A DNA stretch of 64,000 nt from Callorhinchus milii (taxonomy: Eukaryota), in the NCBI RefSeq assembly GCF_018977255.1, contig NW_024704757.1:7688001-7752000 (forward strand), read 5' to 3'. Made by a program: the position numbers and the translations under genes. This document shows positions 63,601 to 64,000 of this stretch, one piece after another; within the stretch, counting starts at the first letter, position 1; each line of letters begins with the position of its first letter. Under the pieces are notes generated by a model, which was not told the origin of the DNA, made no database searches, and worked only from the letters and a program-made list of their open reading frames with translations.

Positions 63601-64000
63601 GGTACGGAGGCCAATGTCTCTCCTCCAGAACCAGTCAGTGCTTTAGGAGGAGAGAAATTACAAATGTACGTATTGATGTGAAAATATCAGGATAATCAGC
63701 TACCACGTTCATCCACAAAATATACAATCAATGCACTTTACAGTATATCCTGTGAAGCGCTTTAAGATGTCTTGAAGACATGATAAGGCACTATATCAAA
63801 TGCAAGGATTATTATTATTACTGCGTTCACCCACAAAACACACAGTCACTACACTTTACAATATATTCTGTGAAGCGCTTTGAGATGTCCTCCTGACGTG
63901 AAAGGAACTGCACACAATGTAAAGATTATTACAACACACCAAGAACGATCCTCTGCTTATGGGTATCTCAGCCTCAGAAAACCCATTCAAGGACAAAAAG

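Noticed and set aside
57668-64000. Additional MPRIP 5' exons or other genes
   Set aside because: I could not find the expected N-terminal PH exons; the region reads as intron with L2 and SINE fragments.

Overview
Gene-dense vertebrate genomic DNA with short introns. The repeat landscape (tRNA-headed SINEs, Deu-domain SINEs, L2 and CR1 fragments) suggests a cartilaginous fish, possibly a holocephalan; this is inference. Seven spliced genes were reconstructed by hand from splice sites and phase: E4F1 (-), PGP (+), BRICD5 (+), MLST8 (-), a HEXD-like GH20 hexosaminidase with an added N-terminal membrane anchor (+), PLD6/zucchini (+), and the 3' part of MPRIP (-, 5' end outside the window). The window joins a block matching human 16p13.3 to one matching 17p11.2. 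Main observations: (1) a type II membrane HEXD paralogue; (2) a U12-type intron in MLST8; (3) a duplicated MLST8 acceptor that could form a truncating last exon; (4) a YY1-site tandem array and a ZNF143-site triplet in two bidirectional promoters; (5) PLD6 lacking the His ligand of its CCCH zinc finger; (6) a frameshifted 3.7-kb MPRIP cassette exon and a SINE inserted at an MPRIP donor. Gene names rest on recalled protein similarity and synteny; no searches were run.
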